NCBI GenBank assembly: GCA_963817255.1
Contig: CAWFNT010000003.1
Coordinates: forward strand, 66,126 to 130,125
From: an uncultured Actinomycetes bacterium
GTDB lineage: Bacteria; Actinomycetota; Coriobacteriia; Anaerosomatales; CAVRZR01
DNA length: 64,000 bases
Reading direction: 5' to 3'
Under the pieces are notes generated by a model that was not told the DNA's origin, searched no databases, and saw only the letters and a program-made list of their open reading frames with translations. Both the position numbers and the translations under genes were made by a program. Positions 18,202-26,473 of this stretch are shown here, piece by piece; within the stretch, counting starts at the first letter, position 1; every line of letters begins with the position of its first letter.

Positions 18202-19494
18202 GTGAGGGCTACCCGCCGCCGCATAGTCGTGACCACTGTTCTCGCGTGCGCGGTTGCCGTCGCCTGCCCCCTTCCCCAGCGATACGATGCCTACGCCGCC
18301 GGAAGCGACCGCCGCCCGGTCCAAGCCCCGCCTGCGATCTACATCGAGACGGCCGTCTCCGCGCTTTCGACCGCGACACCGCTCCCCCGCCCGAGCACGA
18401 ACCCGACCGACACGGCAAGACGGCAGGCAACGCCGCTCCCTTCTGTGTCGATCGGAATCGGCCGAGGCACCGTCGTGAGACCGTCGACCGTCGTCGATCC
18501 CTCGACCGGCGCGGTGACTGAGGTCATCCCCCCTGGTCTGGACGCCGCGACCGAAAGAGCATTTCGCCTGCAAGGCCAAGTCGACCGGGCACAGGAGGAC
18601 GCGCTCGCGCTCGAAGAGCGCGTCGCCGTCACGAACGTTCGCGTTCTCGCGCAGATGGACGAGCTCGAGCGGGCTCGGCTCGAGTACGACCGCACCCGGG
18701 AACGGTTCGAGCAGCGTCTCGTCGAGATGTACAAGTCTGGCTTCTCGAGCCCCATCGTGTTGCTTCTGACGGCCCGCTCGCTCGCCGACTTCTACACGCG
18801 AGCCATCTTGCTCTCACGGATCCTCGCCGACGACTCCGCAATCTACCGGGAAGCCGAGGTCGCGTCGCGCGAGGCAGAGTACGTCTCGAGCGTGCTCGAC
18901 GACATGAGGGCGGAACTCGTCGACATGCGGCGCCTCTACGATGCACGCATTGAGACCGCCAGGAGCGCCCTTGCCGAGGAGCAGGCGCTTATCGCCACCC
19001 TCTCGGCGAAGGGCCGGAAACTCGTCGCGGCGCGGCAAGCCGCCACGACGCTTACGCGAAAGCAATGGCGCTCCAGCTCGATCCCGGTGGGCACGCCCAT
19101 CCGCTTCGTTCCCGCGATCCTCGAAGCGAGCGGCCGAACGTATCTCGTATCCGAGCATCAGCCGCTGCGCTACACGACGCTGGGCGAACCGTTCTCCGCA
19201 GTGTGTTCGTGGTATGGCGACGAGTTCAACGGACGCGGGACTGCGTCCGGTCAGATCTTCAACGAGGACGATCTGACGTGCGCGTCCCGGACGCTGCCGT
19301 TCGGCACGCGGCTCGCCCTCGCTCGCGGAAACCGCCGAATCATCGTCATGGTGACCGACAGGGGGCCGTTCATCGCCGGCAGGGATCTCGACCTCTCCAA
19401 GGCAGCCGCGCGCGCACTCGGATTCTCGGGAGTCGAGCCGGTGACGGCCGTGTTCGTACGCCCGGCGAACGAGGTGCCGCGGACCGCCAGGTGA
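18202..19494 (+). CDS. Secreted coiled-coil protein with a C-terminal RlpA-like double-psi beta-barrel (lytic transglycosylase-like) domain
   Basis: The C-terminus CSWYGDEFNGRGTASGQIFNEDDLTCASRTLPFGTRL...VMVTDRGPF is RlpA/DPBB-like. The GTG at 18202 gives a signal-like N-terminus; the ORF is open from 18139. Confidence 0.75.
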   Translation: MRATRRRIVVTTVLACAVAVACPLPQRYDAYAAGSDRRPVQAPPAIYIETAVSALSTATPLPRPSTNPTDTARRQATPLPSVSIGIGRGTVVRPSTVVDPSTGAVTEVIPPGLDAATERAFRLQGQVDRAQEDALALEERVAVTNVRVLAQMDELERARLEYDRTRERFEQRLVEMYKSGFSSPIVLLLTARSLADFYTRAILLSRILADDSAIYREAEVASREAEYVSSVLDDMRAELVDMRRLYDARIETARSALAEEQALIATLSAKGRKLVAARQAATTLTRKQWRSSSIPVGTPIRFVPAILEASGRTYLVSEHQPLRYTTLGEPFSAVCSWYGDEFNGRGTASGQIFNEDDLTCASRTLPFGTRLALARGNRRIIVMVTDRGPFIAGRDLDLSKAAARALGFSGVEPVTAVFVRPANEVPRTAR

Positions 19495-19523
19495 CGTCAC
19501 CCGGGGTCAACCTCGAGGTGCTT

Positions 19524-20042
19524 CTAGGTCACGCGGATGAGCGAGAGGATCTTGGCGCCGTCGGGCAGCTTCTCACGCCCCGACAGGAAGTCGAGTTCGA
19601 TCAGGAACGCGAACCCCGCCACTTTCGCCCCCGTGCTCACGATGAGCTCGTGTTTCGCCGCTGCCGTCCCGCCGGTGGCGAGCACGTCGTCGACGATGAG
19701 CACGACGTCGTCCGGACCGAGAGCGTCAGCGTGCACCTCGAGCGAGTTCGTGCCGTACTCCAGGGCATAGTCGGCGCGCGTCGTGGTCCACGGGAGCTTG
19801 CCAGGCTTGCGGGCGGGAACGAACCCGGCGTCCAGAACATAGGCCAGCGCACCGCCGAAGATGAAGCCGCGTGCCTCGGCGCCGACGACCTTCGTCACCC
19901 CATACTCCGCGAAATCGTCGGCAATCGTGTCGACCGCCTGGCGAAACGCCGCTGCGTCGGCCAGAAGCGGCGTGATGTCCTTGAAGACGATGCCCTTCTC
20001 GGGGAAGTCCGGGATGTCCCGGATGTATGACGCAAGGTCCAC
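19524..20042 (-). CDS. apt: Adenine phosphoribosyltransferase
   Basis: Trimmed to the GTG at 20042, preceded by GAGGAGG. The protein shows DLASYIRDIPDFPEKGIVFKDITPLL and a PRPP motif VLIVDDVLATGGT. Confidence 0.9.
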   Translation of the reverse strand: MDLASYIRDIPDFPEKGIVFKDITPLLADAAAFRQAVDTIADDFAEYGVTKVVGAEARGFIFGGALAYVLDAGFVPARKPGKLPWTTTRADYALEYGTNSLEVHADALGPDDVVLIVDDVLATGGTAAAKHELIVSTGAKVAGFAFLIELDFLSGREKLPDGAKILSLIRVT

Positions 20043-20124
20043 GCTTGTCCTCCTCAGTCGCCTGTCTGCCTTGCCAGCGTAGCCGTTTCCCCGCCGGCGC
20101 TCCACACTCCGAACCAAGACCCCG

Positions 20125-21111
20125 TCACACGGCCTGCGCGAGCGCCGAAAGCTGCTCGTTCGTGCCGAGCACGACGAGTCGGTCCCCTGCCATCAGAACC
20201 CGGTCGAACGAAGGGTTCGTGTCGATGGCTCCGTCCGAGCCGCGTATTGCCAGGATGAACGCCCCGAAGCGGTCGCGAACGGCCGACTGCCGGATCGACT
20301 GCCCGACGATCGGAGACGATGGGGGGAGGTCCATCTCCTGCAGCCGGTACTCGACCCCGGCATCGTGCGTCACGAGGTCGAGGTAGTCCGCCACGAACGG
20401 ATGCAGCACGAGGCTCGCCATTCGGCGGCCGCCGATGACGGTCGGCGTGATGACCCTGTCGACGCCCGCCTTGATGAGCTTCGACTCGGAGGACTCGGTC
20501 GCCGAGCGTGAAACCACGAACAGCCCGGGATTGAGTGTCTTGGCCGTCACCGTCACGAAGAGGTTGTCGGCGTCTTGATCGAGCGCGGTGATGAGACTCG
20601 CCGCCCGTGCGATCCCCGCGGCCTGCAGAGTCTCCTCCTCGGTCGCGTCTCCCTGGACGTAGAGCCAACCCTCCGCCTTCGCCTGTTGTATCCGGGCGTC
20701 GGCAGACTCGACGACCACGAACGGTGCGCCCTCCTCGGCGAGTTCTCTGGCGACCACCTTACCCACCCGCCCGATACCCGCAATGATGTGGTGCCCCGAG
20801 AGCTGGTCGATCTCCTTGCTCATGCGACGTCCCTCCAACATACCCTTGAGGTGCCCCTCGACGAAGAAGTCGATGAGAGTACCGAACGAGAAACCGATAG
20901 CGCCGACGCCGACGATCACGAGCGCCATCGTGAAGGCGCGACCGGCGTCGGAGAGCCTGTGGACCTCGGTGAATCCCACCGTGCCCACGGTGATCACGGT
21001 CATGTACAGCGCATCGAAGACGGGCCAGCGCTCGATCAGCGCGTAGCCGAGCGTGCCGAACACGACGACGGCGACCAGGAGGAATCCGGCGACGACGAGT
21101 CTGCGCGTCAT
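20125..21111 (-). CDS. Two-TM pore + RCK (TrkA-N/TrkA-C) channel protein, MthK-like, with an atypical selectivity filter
   Basis: Trimmed to the ATG that overlaps the hpt stop. Two TM segments flank the pore sequence TVITVGTVGFTEV, followed by a Rossmann GIGRVG motif and a TrkA-C domain. Confidence 0.8.
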   Translation of the reverse strand: MTRRLVVAGFLLVAVVVFGTLGYALIERWPVFDALYMTVITVGTVGFTEVHRLSDAGRAFTMALVIVGVGAIGFSFGTLIDFFVEGHLKGMLEGRRMSKEIDQLSGHHIIAGIGRVGKVVARELAEEGAPFVVVESADARIQQAKAEGWLYVQGDATEEETLQAAGIARAASLITALDQDADNLFVTVTAKTLNPGLFVVSRSATESSESKLIKAGVDRVITPTVIGGRRMASLVLHPFVADYLDLVTHDAGVEYRLQEMDLPPSSPIVGQSIRQSAVRDRFGAFILAIRGSDGAIDTNPSFDRVLMAGDRLVVLGTNEQLSALAQAV

Positions 21112-21659
21112 CACCGGTGAAGCGCTTCCTCTTTGAGGGTCGCGATGTAGGGCAGGTTGCGGTAACGGCCCCGAAGATCCAGCCCGTAGCCCACCACGAA
21201 GTGGTCGGGGATCTCGAAGCCGAGGTGCGCGATGGGCACGTCCGCGATGCGGCGCACGTCCTTGTCGAGCAACGCACATACCTCGAGGCTCGCCGGATTG
21301 CGGGCCCTCAGAAGCCGAAGCACGTAGTTCACCGTGAGTCCGGTGTCGATGACGTCTTCTACGAGGATGACCGCCTTGCCCGAAATGTCCTCGTCCAAGT
21401 CCTTGGTGACTCGCACGACGCCGCCTTGCCCGGGCGCATATGGAGTGACCGCCATGAAGTCGAGGTGGAGGGGCGCGTCGATGGCCCGCACCAGGTCGGC
21501 GAGGAAGACGATCCCGCCCCTGAGCACGGTCACCAGACGGAGTTCGCGCCCGGCGTACTCGGACGTGAGGGCCTCGCCGAGTTCGGCCACACGTCTGCCG
21601 ATGTCCTCCTGGGTCAGAAGGACCGCATCGCAGACGTCCGGGAGGGCCGGTGTGGCCAT
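21111..21659 (-). CDS. hpt: Hypoxanthine(-guanine) phosphoribosyltransferase
   Basis: 182 aa with PRPP motif VILVEDVIDTGLT and a typical C-terminus (FVVGYGLDLRGRYRNLPYI). Confidence 0.9.
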   Translation of the reverse strand: MATPALPDVCDAVLLTQEDIGRRVAELGEALTSEYAGRELRLVTVLRGGIVFLADLVRAIDAPLHLDFMAVTPYAPGQGGVVRVTKDLDEDISGKAVILVEDVIDTGLTVNYVLRLLRARNPASLEVCALLDKDVRRIADVPIAHLGFEIPDHFVVGYGLDLRGRYRNLPYIATLKEEALHR

Positions 21660-21662
21660 GGG

Positions 21663-22103
21663 CTACTGCTCCGCGTCCGGGTCCTTGACCACGACTCCGC
21701 CCCCGACTCGCTGCGGCTGATCCTCCGCAGCCAGGCCGAAGCGGTGAAGCAGGCGGCGGAAGTCTTTCTGGTAGAAGATCTTGATGTTCACGTCGGGGTA
21801 GAGTTCCTTCAACCGCCTGACCTTGCGGTTCTTCTTGGTCACAAGCTTCTGGTTCATGGTCGTGAGCTCGATGTAGAGATCGAAATCGGGCAGGTAGAAG
21901 TCCGGGCTGAACGACGCGATGACGTTGCCGTTCGAATCCCACTCGATGGGAAACGTGGTCGGCTCGTATTCCCATCTCACCTGATAGAACTCCAGGATCT
22001 CAGCGGCAACCCGCTCGCTCGGATGAGCGAAGTCGATCTCCTCGACCGAGGCGTGGGAAGGCGCGTCGGTCATCTGCTCGTCGTCCCCGGGCTCGGAGGC
22101 CAT
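21663..22103 (-). CDS. Hypothetical protein, possible PD-(D/E)XK nuclease-like fold
   Basis: 146 aa. The segment SPDFYLPDFDLYIELTT...K resembles the D..(D/E)xK core of restriction-endonuclease-like proteins. This is a weak, pattern-only call. Confidence 0.5.
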   Translation of the reverse strand: MASEPGDDEQMTDAPSHASVEEIDFAHPSERVAAEILEFYQVRWEYEPTTFPIEWDSNGNVIASFSPDFYLPDFDLYIELTTMNQKLVTKKNRKVRRLKELYPDVNIKIFYQKDFRRLLHRFGLAAEDQPQRVGGGVVVKDPDAEQ

Positions 22104-22106
22104 TCC

Positions 22107-22814
22107 CTAGCCAAGGTCCTCGAAGACCCGACCGAGCGCTCGCCTCAGCAAGCTACCCTTCAGTTCGTTCGTGAGCGACGTGAGTTCTGCGAGGTTCTCC
22201 ATCAGTTTCTGACGGGCCTCAGGCGTCCGGTGCAGGGCGCCGGGCATCAGGATCTGTGAGAAGAACGCTGCCTCCCTGTCGGCGAAGGTCTCGTAGATCC
22301 GAAGGTGGCGCGGTTCGACGCCGAAACGCCTCAAGTCCCATGTGGCGTGAACGATGGCCGCGTCCCCGCGGGCTACTTCGTCGCCGCGATCGCCCTTCGC
22401 TATCTCGATGAGGCCGAATTCGGCGAGCTCGCGCACGAACGACTCGGGCACGCCGAGCGCGGCGGGAATCTCGCCGACAAGTATCGCCTGCACCTCGTCG
22501 AGCGGGAGTGAGATCGGCTCGGCGATCGATGCGTTCGTTTGGCGCAACTCCGGCGGGACGCGGCCGCGGTCGAAGTCGGCAAGCTTCTCCCGAATGACGG
22601 CCAAAGGCAGGAAGTGGTCGCGCTGCAATCTCAGCACGAGCTCCACTCGTTGCAGATCTGCCTGAGTGAACTTGCGATACCCGCCCGGCGTGCGCTCCGG
22701 AGAGACGAGACCCTCGTCTTCGAGGAACCGGATCTTGGAGATGCTCAGGTCCGGATACGACCCTACCAGGCGATCTACGACCTCGCCTATCGTCATGTAG
22801 TCGCGTCCGCTCAT
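22107..22814 (-). CDS. MerR-family transcriptional regulator (FtsR-like by synteny)
   Basis: N-terminal MerR HTH (MTIGEVVDRL...ISKIRFLEDEGLVSPERTPGGYRKFT). It sits immediately downstream of the FHA gene, as in the actinobacterial gcvH-garA-ftsR neighbourhood. Confidence 0.8.
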   Translation of the reverse strand: MSGRDYMTIGEVVDRLVGSYPDLSISKIRFLEDEGLVSPERTPGGYRKFTQADLQRVELVLRLQRDHFLPLAVIREKLADFDRGRVPPELRQTNASIAEPISLPLDEVQAILVGEIPAALGVPESFVRELAEFGLIEIAKGDRGDEVARGDAAIVHATWDLRRFGVEPRHLRIYETFADREAAFFSQILMPGALHRTPEARQKLMENLAELTSLTNELKGSLLRRALGRVFEDLG

Positions 22815-23260
22815 AGCGGCTCCCCCCCGGATATGTAGAGCATCTGGAATCTGCCGACTTGCACGACATCGCCGGTCGAAAGGCGCGCCGAGTCGACCAG
22901 CACCCCGTTCACGTACGTCCCATTGAGAGAGCCCGCGTCGGTGATCTTGACCTCTCCCCCGCCGGTCTCGACGACCGCGTGATTGCGTGAGACGGTCACG
23001 TCGTTGAGGAAGACGTCGCTGTCCGGGTCCCGGCCCAGAGTGAGTCGCGGACGGTCCACGTAGAAGCGTTCTCCCAGCTCGGGTCCCTTGCGCACGACCA
23101 GCAGCGGACCCTCGGCATACTCGAGCTGCTCGCCCGATTCATCGAGACCGGTCTCGATGGGCGGGAAGGATTCGGTGATCCCCTCCACGCGCGCACCACA
23201 CGCGGGGCACAAGGCCTCGCCCGGGGTGACATCGCGACCACACGCGGGGCACTCGGACAT
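22811..23260 (-). CDS. FHA-domain protein with an N-terminal zinc ribbon (GarA/OdhI-like position)
   Basis: CPACG...CPACG zinc ribbon followed by an FHA core (TLGRDPDSDVFLNDVTVSRNHA...SLNGTYVNG). Confidence 0.85.
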   Translation of the reverse strand: MSECPACGRDVTPGEALCPACGARVEGITESFPPIETGLDESGEQLEYAEGPLLVVRKGPELGERFYVDRPRLTLGRDPDSDVFLNDVTVSRNHAVVETGGGEVKITDAGSLNGTYVNGVLVDSARLSTGDVVQVGRFQMLYISGGEPL

Positions 23261-23283
23261 CTCAGGCTCCGTCCTGCACGAAC

Positions 23284-23550
23284 TCAGCCCTGGTCTTCGA
23301 AGCCGAATTCGCGACGCTCGAACGCATCGGAGATCTGGGCTTCGAGGGCCTCCAGGACCTCCGGCTGCTCCATCACGTGCCGGACACGCTCGTCGCTGAG
23401 CCGATTCCGCACAAACGGGTCTTGCAGCACCTCGGTCAGCCGACGGCCGTTGTTGACCTCACGGATCACGTACTCGACGACGCGCTGCTCGGCCTCGTCG
23501 GTAGCCAGTTCATCCAGTAATGCCTTCACTCGCTCGCTGATCGTGGGCAC
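23284..23550 (-). CDS. Small hypothetical helical protein
   Basis: GTG at 23550 with GAGGAG 8 nt upstream. The protein is 88 aa and acidic, with no recognised domain. Confidence 0.5.
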   Translation of the reverse strand: MPTISERVKALLDELATDEAEQRVVEYVIREVNNGRRLTEVLQDPFVRNRLSDERVRHVMEQPEVLEALEAQISDAFERREFGFEDQG

Positions 23551-23673
23551 TCCACCACTCCTCGTGTCTCCGTCGACGGCTGCCGAGCCGGTCGCCCTCG
23601 GCCCGCGTTCACGCCGGGCAGCGCGCAACGGCGTGTCGGCTCGTCGTGAATGACCACCCGGGTACGATCTCTG

Positions 23674-24003
23674 TCATTCCTCCGAGCCGAGATCGAGGTC
23701 ATCGTCCTGCAGAGGTGCGGTGACGTCGAAGCGAGACGCCCCCCGCAGGTCGCTCGCGAGGATGTTGATGAGGCGGTCGACGTCCCGGCCGGTGATGACG
23801 TCCGCGCCCGCTTCTCGCTCACCTTTCATGCGGTTCACGAGCTCGGCTCTGAGGATGTCGATCTTCCCGTGGAGCACCCGGCGTCTGTACGAGATCTTCT
23901 GCTCCTCCTCGTACAGCTCGTCAAGCAAAGCCCTGAGCTCCTCGTTGGTCTTGTTCTCGAGGTCGAGCAGGGCGTCCTCGCCCGGGTCAGAATGCGCAGA
24001 CAT
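23674..24003 (-). CDS. Small coiled-coil protein with an RsiG-like c-di-GMP-binding motif (single copy)
   Basis: ATG at 24003 preceded by GGAGGA. The segment EQKISYRRRVLHGKID fits E-x3-S-x2-R-x3-(Q>H)-x3-D. Confidence 0.45.
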   Translation of the reverse strand: MSAHSDPGEDALLDLENKTNEELRALLDELYEEEQKISYRRRVLHGKIDILRAELVNRMKGEREAGADVITGRDVDRLINILASDLRGASRFDVTAPLQDDDLDLGSEE

Positions 24004-24131
24004 GCATCCTCCGCTCACCAGCGGCGCCAACACAGACGTCGCCTCGTCGTACAAGCCTCTTGGGCCGATTGTAACCTATACCGAGGCAGCCGACCCCCGT
24101 TCTCATGAGAGTATTCAGCGCACCTCGACGT

Positions 24132-24956
24132 CTACTCTAGGCTGATACTACGAGAGTGGTGGCCGAGCGGGACCGCGATCAAACCCGAGTCGGCTATGGC
24201 CTGCGCGTACGCCTCCTCGACGAGCGAGGGCGTGCCCGGCGCGAACGTGCCGCCGAATAGACGCTCGAAGGCGACGCGAACCGCCTCTGTGATGTTCTCC
24301 GAGGACGGAACGCGCTCGGCGAGATCGGCGAGCGTGGCGGTCCTGGTGCGGAGCGCTTCCGCCTCCTCGGGCGACAGGCGGAACACACGGGCCTCTCGCT
24401 CGACGTCGCGCGCGAACACGAACGATCCGTGCTGAAGGACCGTGTCCTTGTGCCAGACCTGCGCGCTGCCGCTCAGCTTGAGCGTGCCCGCCGAGACGTC
24501 GGCGTGCGTTGCGTGCAGGTAGCATGCGCCGGAGGATCTGGGACCCCGGGGCCTGTGCGTGAGACCGGCATCCACGCCAAGCAGCGCATAGGCTTCGACG
24601 AGCGCGGCGCACAGGTACCGGTAACTGGCCGCCGTGCCTCTGGGCACGCCGTCCTCGATACCGGCCACCACGGAGTAGGTGACCTCCGCGTCGTGCAGCA
24701 CGCCGCGGCCCCCCGTGAAGCGCCGCACGACGTCGATACCCTCGTCGCGGCACGCTTCGAGGTCAACGGAGTCGAGTGGCTGGAAACGGCCGAGCGTGAC
24801 CGTCGGCCGGCTCCATCGGTAGAGTCGCAACGTGGCCGGCGAACGACCGGCAGCGCGCTCTAGGAGGATCGCGCGGTCCAGCGCCATGTTGCGCACGCCG
24901 TCGTTCGGCGCATCCTCGGCGATGAGGCGCAACGAACCTCGTGCGAGAGAAGTCAT
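24132..24956 (-). CDS. Lipoate-protein ligase / octanoyltransferase family protein (LplA/LipM-like)
   Basis: Trimmed to the ATG that overlaps the gcvPB stop. It has a BPL/LPL catalytic domain (RRFTGGRGVLHD, KLSGSAQ) and sits downstream of gcvH/P. Confidence 0.8.
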   Translation of the reverse strand: MTSLARGSLRLIAEDAPNDGVRNMALDRAILLERAAGRSPATLRLYRWSRPTVTLGRFQPLDSVDLEACRDEGIDVVRRFTGGRGVLHDAEVTYSVVAGIEDGVPRGTAASYRYLCAALVEAYALLGVDAGLTHRPRGPRSSGACYLHATHADVSAGTLKLSGSAQVWHKDTVLQHGSFVFARDVEREARVFRLSPEEAEALRTRTATLADLAERVPSSENITEAVRVAFERLFGGTFAPGTPSLVEEAYAQAIADSGLIAVPLGHHSRSISLE

Positions 24957-26473
24957 TCTTGACCGGGCCGCCACCGCACGTCTACCTGCTTCGCCGCACG
25001 CGCCTCGTCGAGCCTCCGCACCGGGGTCGTGAACGGAGCCTCGCGAACCAAGTCGGGATCGGAGGCTGCCTCGTCGCCGATCGCGGCGAGCGCGAGAACG
25101 AGGGATTCGAGGGCGTCGAGCCCTTCGGTCTCCGTGGGCTCTATCATCATCGCTTCGTCCACGATCAACGGAAAGTAGACGGTTGGCGGGTGGATCCCGT
25201 AGTCGAGAAGTCTCTTGGCGACGTCGAGGGTTCTGATCCCATGCTCGGCGCGGAGACGCTTGCCCGAGATCACGAACTCGTGCATGCAGGTCCGGTCGTA
25301 GGGAAGGTCCCACGCGCTGTGGCGCAATCGCTCCTTCAGGTAGTTCGCCGAAAGGACGGCCTGTTCGGCGACCTCCTCCAGGCCGTCGGCTCCGAGCGCG
25401 CAGATGTAGGCGTACGCACGCACGAGGACGCCGACATTCCCGAGGAAGGAGCGCACCCTGCCGATAGAGAGAGCGGGCATCGCAAGCCCGTACGTGCCGT
25501 CGCCCGAACGCTCGACCACCGGTCCGGGCAGGTAGGGTGCGAGGATGTCGCGCACAGCCACCGGGCCCGCACCGGGACCTCCCCCGCCGTGAGGCGTCGA
25601 GAACGTCTTGTGGACGTTGATGTGCATGACGTCGAAGCCCATGTCCCCCGGACGCGCCTTGCCGAGGATGGCGTTCAGGTTCGCGCCGTCGCCGTACGCA
25701 AGGGCCCCGACGGCGTGGACGGCATCCGTGATCTCAAGGATGTGCTCGTCGAACAGCCCGAGGGTGTTCGGGTTGGTGAGCATGATCGCCGCGACATCGG
25801 TGTCGAGCGCCGTCTTCAGCGCGTCGACGTCAACACCTCCGCGCTCGTTCGACGGCACTTGCGTGACCTCGTAGCCGCACATCGTCACCGTCGCGGGGTT
25901 GGTGCCATGTGCGGTGTCGGGGATCAGGACCCGGCGCCGGACATCGCCTTGGTCCCGGAGGTACGCACGAATGGCCAGCAGGCCAGTGAGCTCACCGTGG
26001 GCTCCTGCCGCCGGCTGCAGGGACACCGCGTGCAGCCCCGCTATCTCGGCGAGAGCATTCGAAAGGCCCCAGAGCAGCTCCAGGAGGCCCTGCACTGATT
26101 CGACGGGCTGGTAGGGGTGCACCGCGGCGAAGCCAGGTAGCCTCGCTGCCCATTCGTTCAGCCTGGGGTTGTACTTCATCGTGCACGAGCCGAGCGGGTA
26201 GAACCCGGAATCCACGCCGAAGTTCGCGTTCGCCAGCGCCTCGAAGTGCCTTGCGATCTCGACCTCGGTCACGTGCGGCAGCATTGGGAGTCGCGCGCGA
26301 ACCTGTCCCGCGAGCGCCGGATCGAGGTCGAGAGAGGGCACATCGAGGGCGGGTGCCATGACGCAACGCGATTCGGGCGCGCCCATCTCAAAGATCAGCG
26401 GGCGCGGACGCCTCGGCACCGAGAACCCGTCGGCCGTGTCGGCCCTGTGGGAGGAGTGCTCCTCGGCGTCCAC
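24953..26473 (-). CDS. gcvPB: Glycine dehydrogenase (decarboxylating), subunit 2
   Basis: 506 aa. It carries the PLP-lysine region (HINVHKTFSTPHGGGGPG), which is typical of GcvPB. Confidence 0.92.
   Translation of the reverse strand: MDAEEHSSHRADTADGFSVPRRPRPLIFEMGAPESRCVMAPALDVPSLDLDPALAGQVRARLPMLPHVTEVEIARHFEALANANFGVDSGFYPLGSCTMKYNPRLNEWAARLPGFAAVHPYQPVESVQGLLELLWGLSNALAEIAGLHAVSLQPAAGAHGELTGLLAIRAYLRDQGDVRRRVLIPDTAHGTNPATVTMCGYEVTQVPSNERGGVDVDALKTALDTDVAAIMLTNPNTLGLFDEHILEITDAVHAVGALAYGDGANLNAILGKARPGDMGFDVMHINVHKTFSTPHGGGGPGAGPVAVRDILAPYLPGPVVERSGDGTYGLAMPALSIGRVRSFLGNVGVLVRAYAYICALGADGLEEVAEQAVLSANYLKERLRHSAWDLPYDRTCMHEFVISGKRLRAEHGIRTLDVAKRLLDYGIHPPTVYFPLIVDEAMMIEPTETEGLDALESLVLALAAIGDEAASDPDLVREAPFTTPVRRLDEARAAKQVDVRWRPGQE

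Noticed and set aside
20125-21975. 616-aa minus-strand ORF taken at face value
   Set aside because: Its N-terminal ~290 aa overlap hpt and the next gene in another frame and are Arg/Pro/Gly-rich nonsense. I trimmed it to the ATG at 21111, which yields a complete channel protein.
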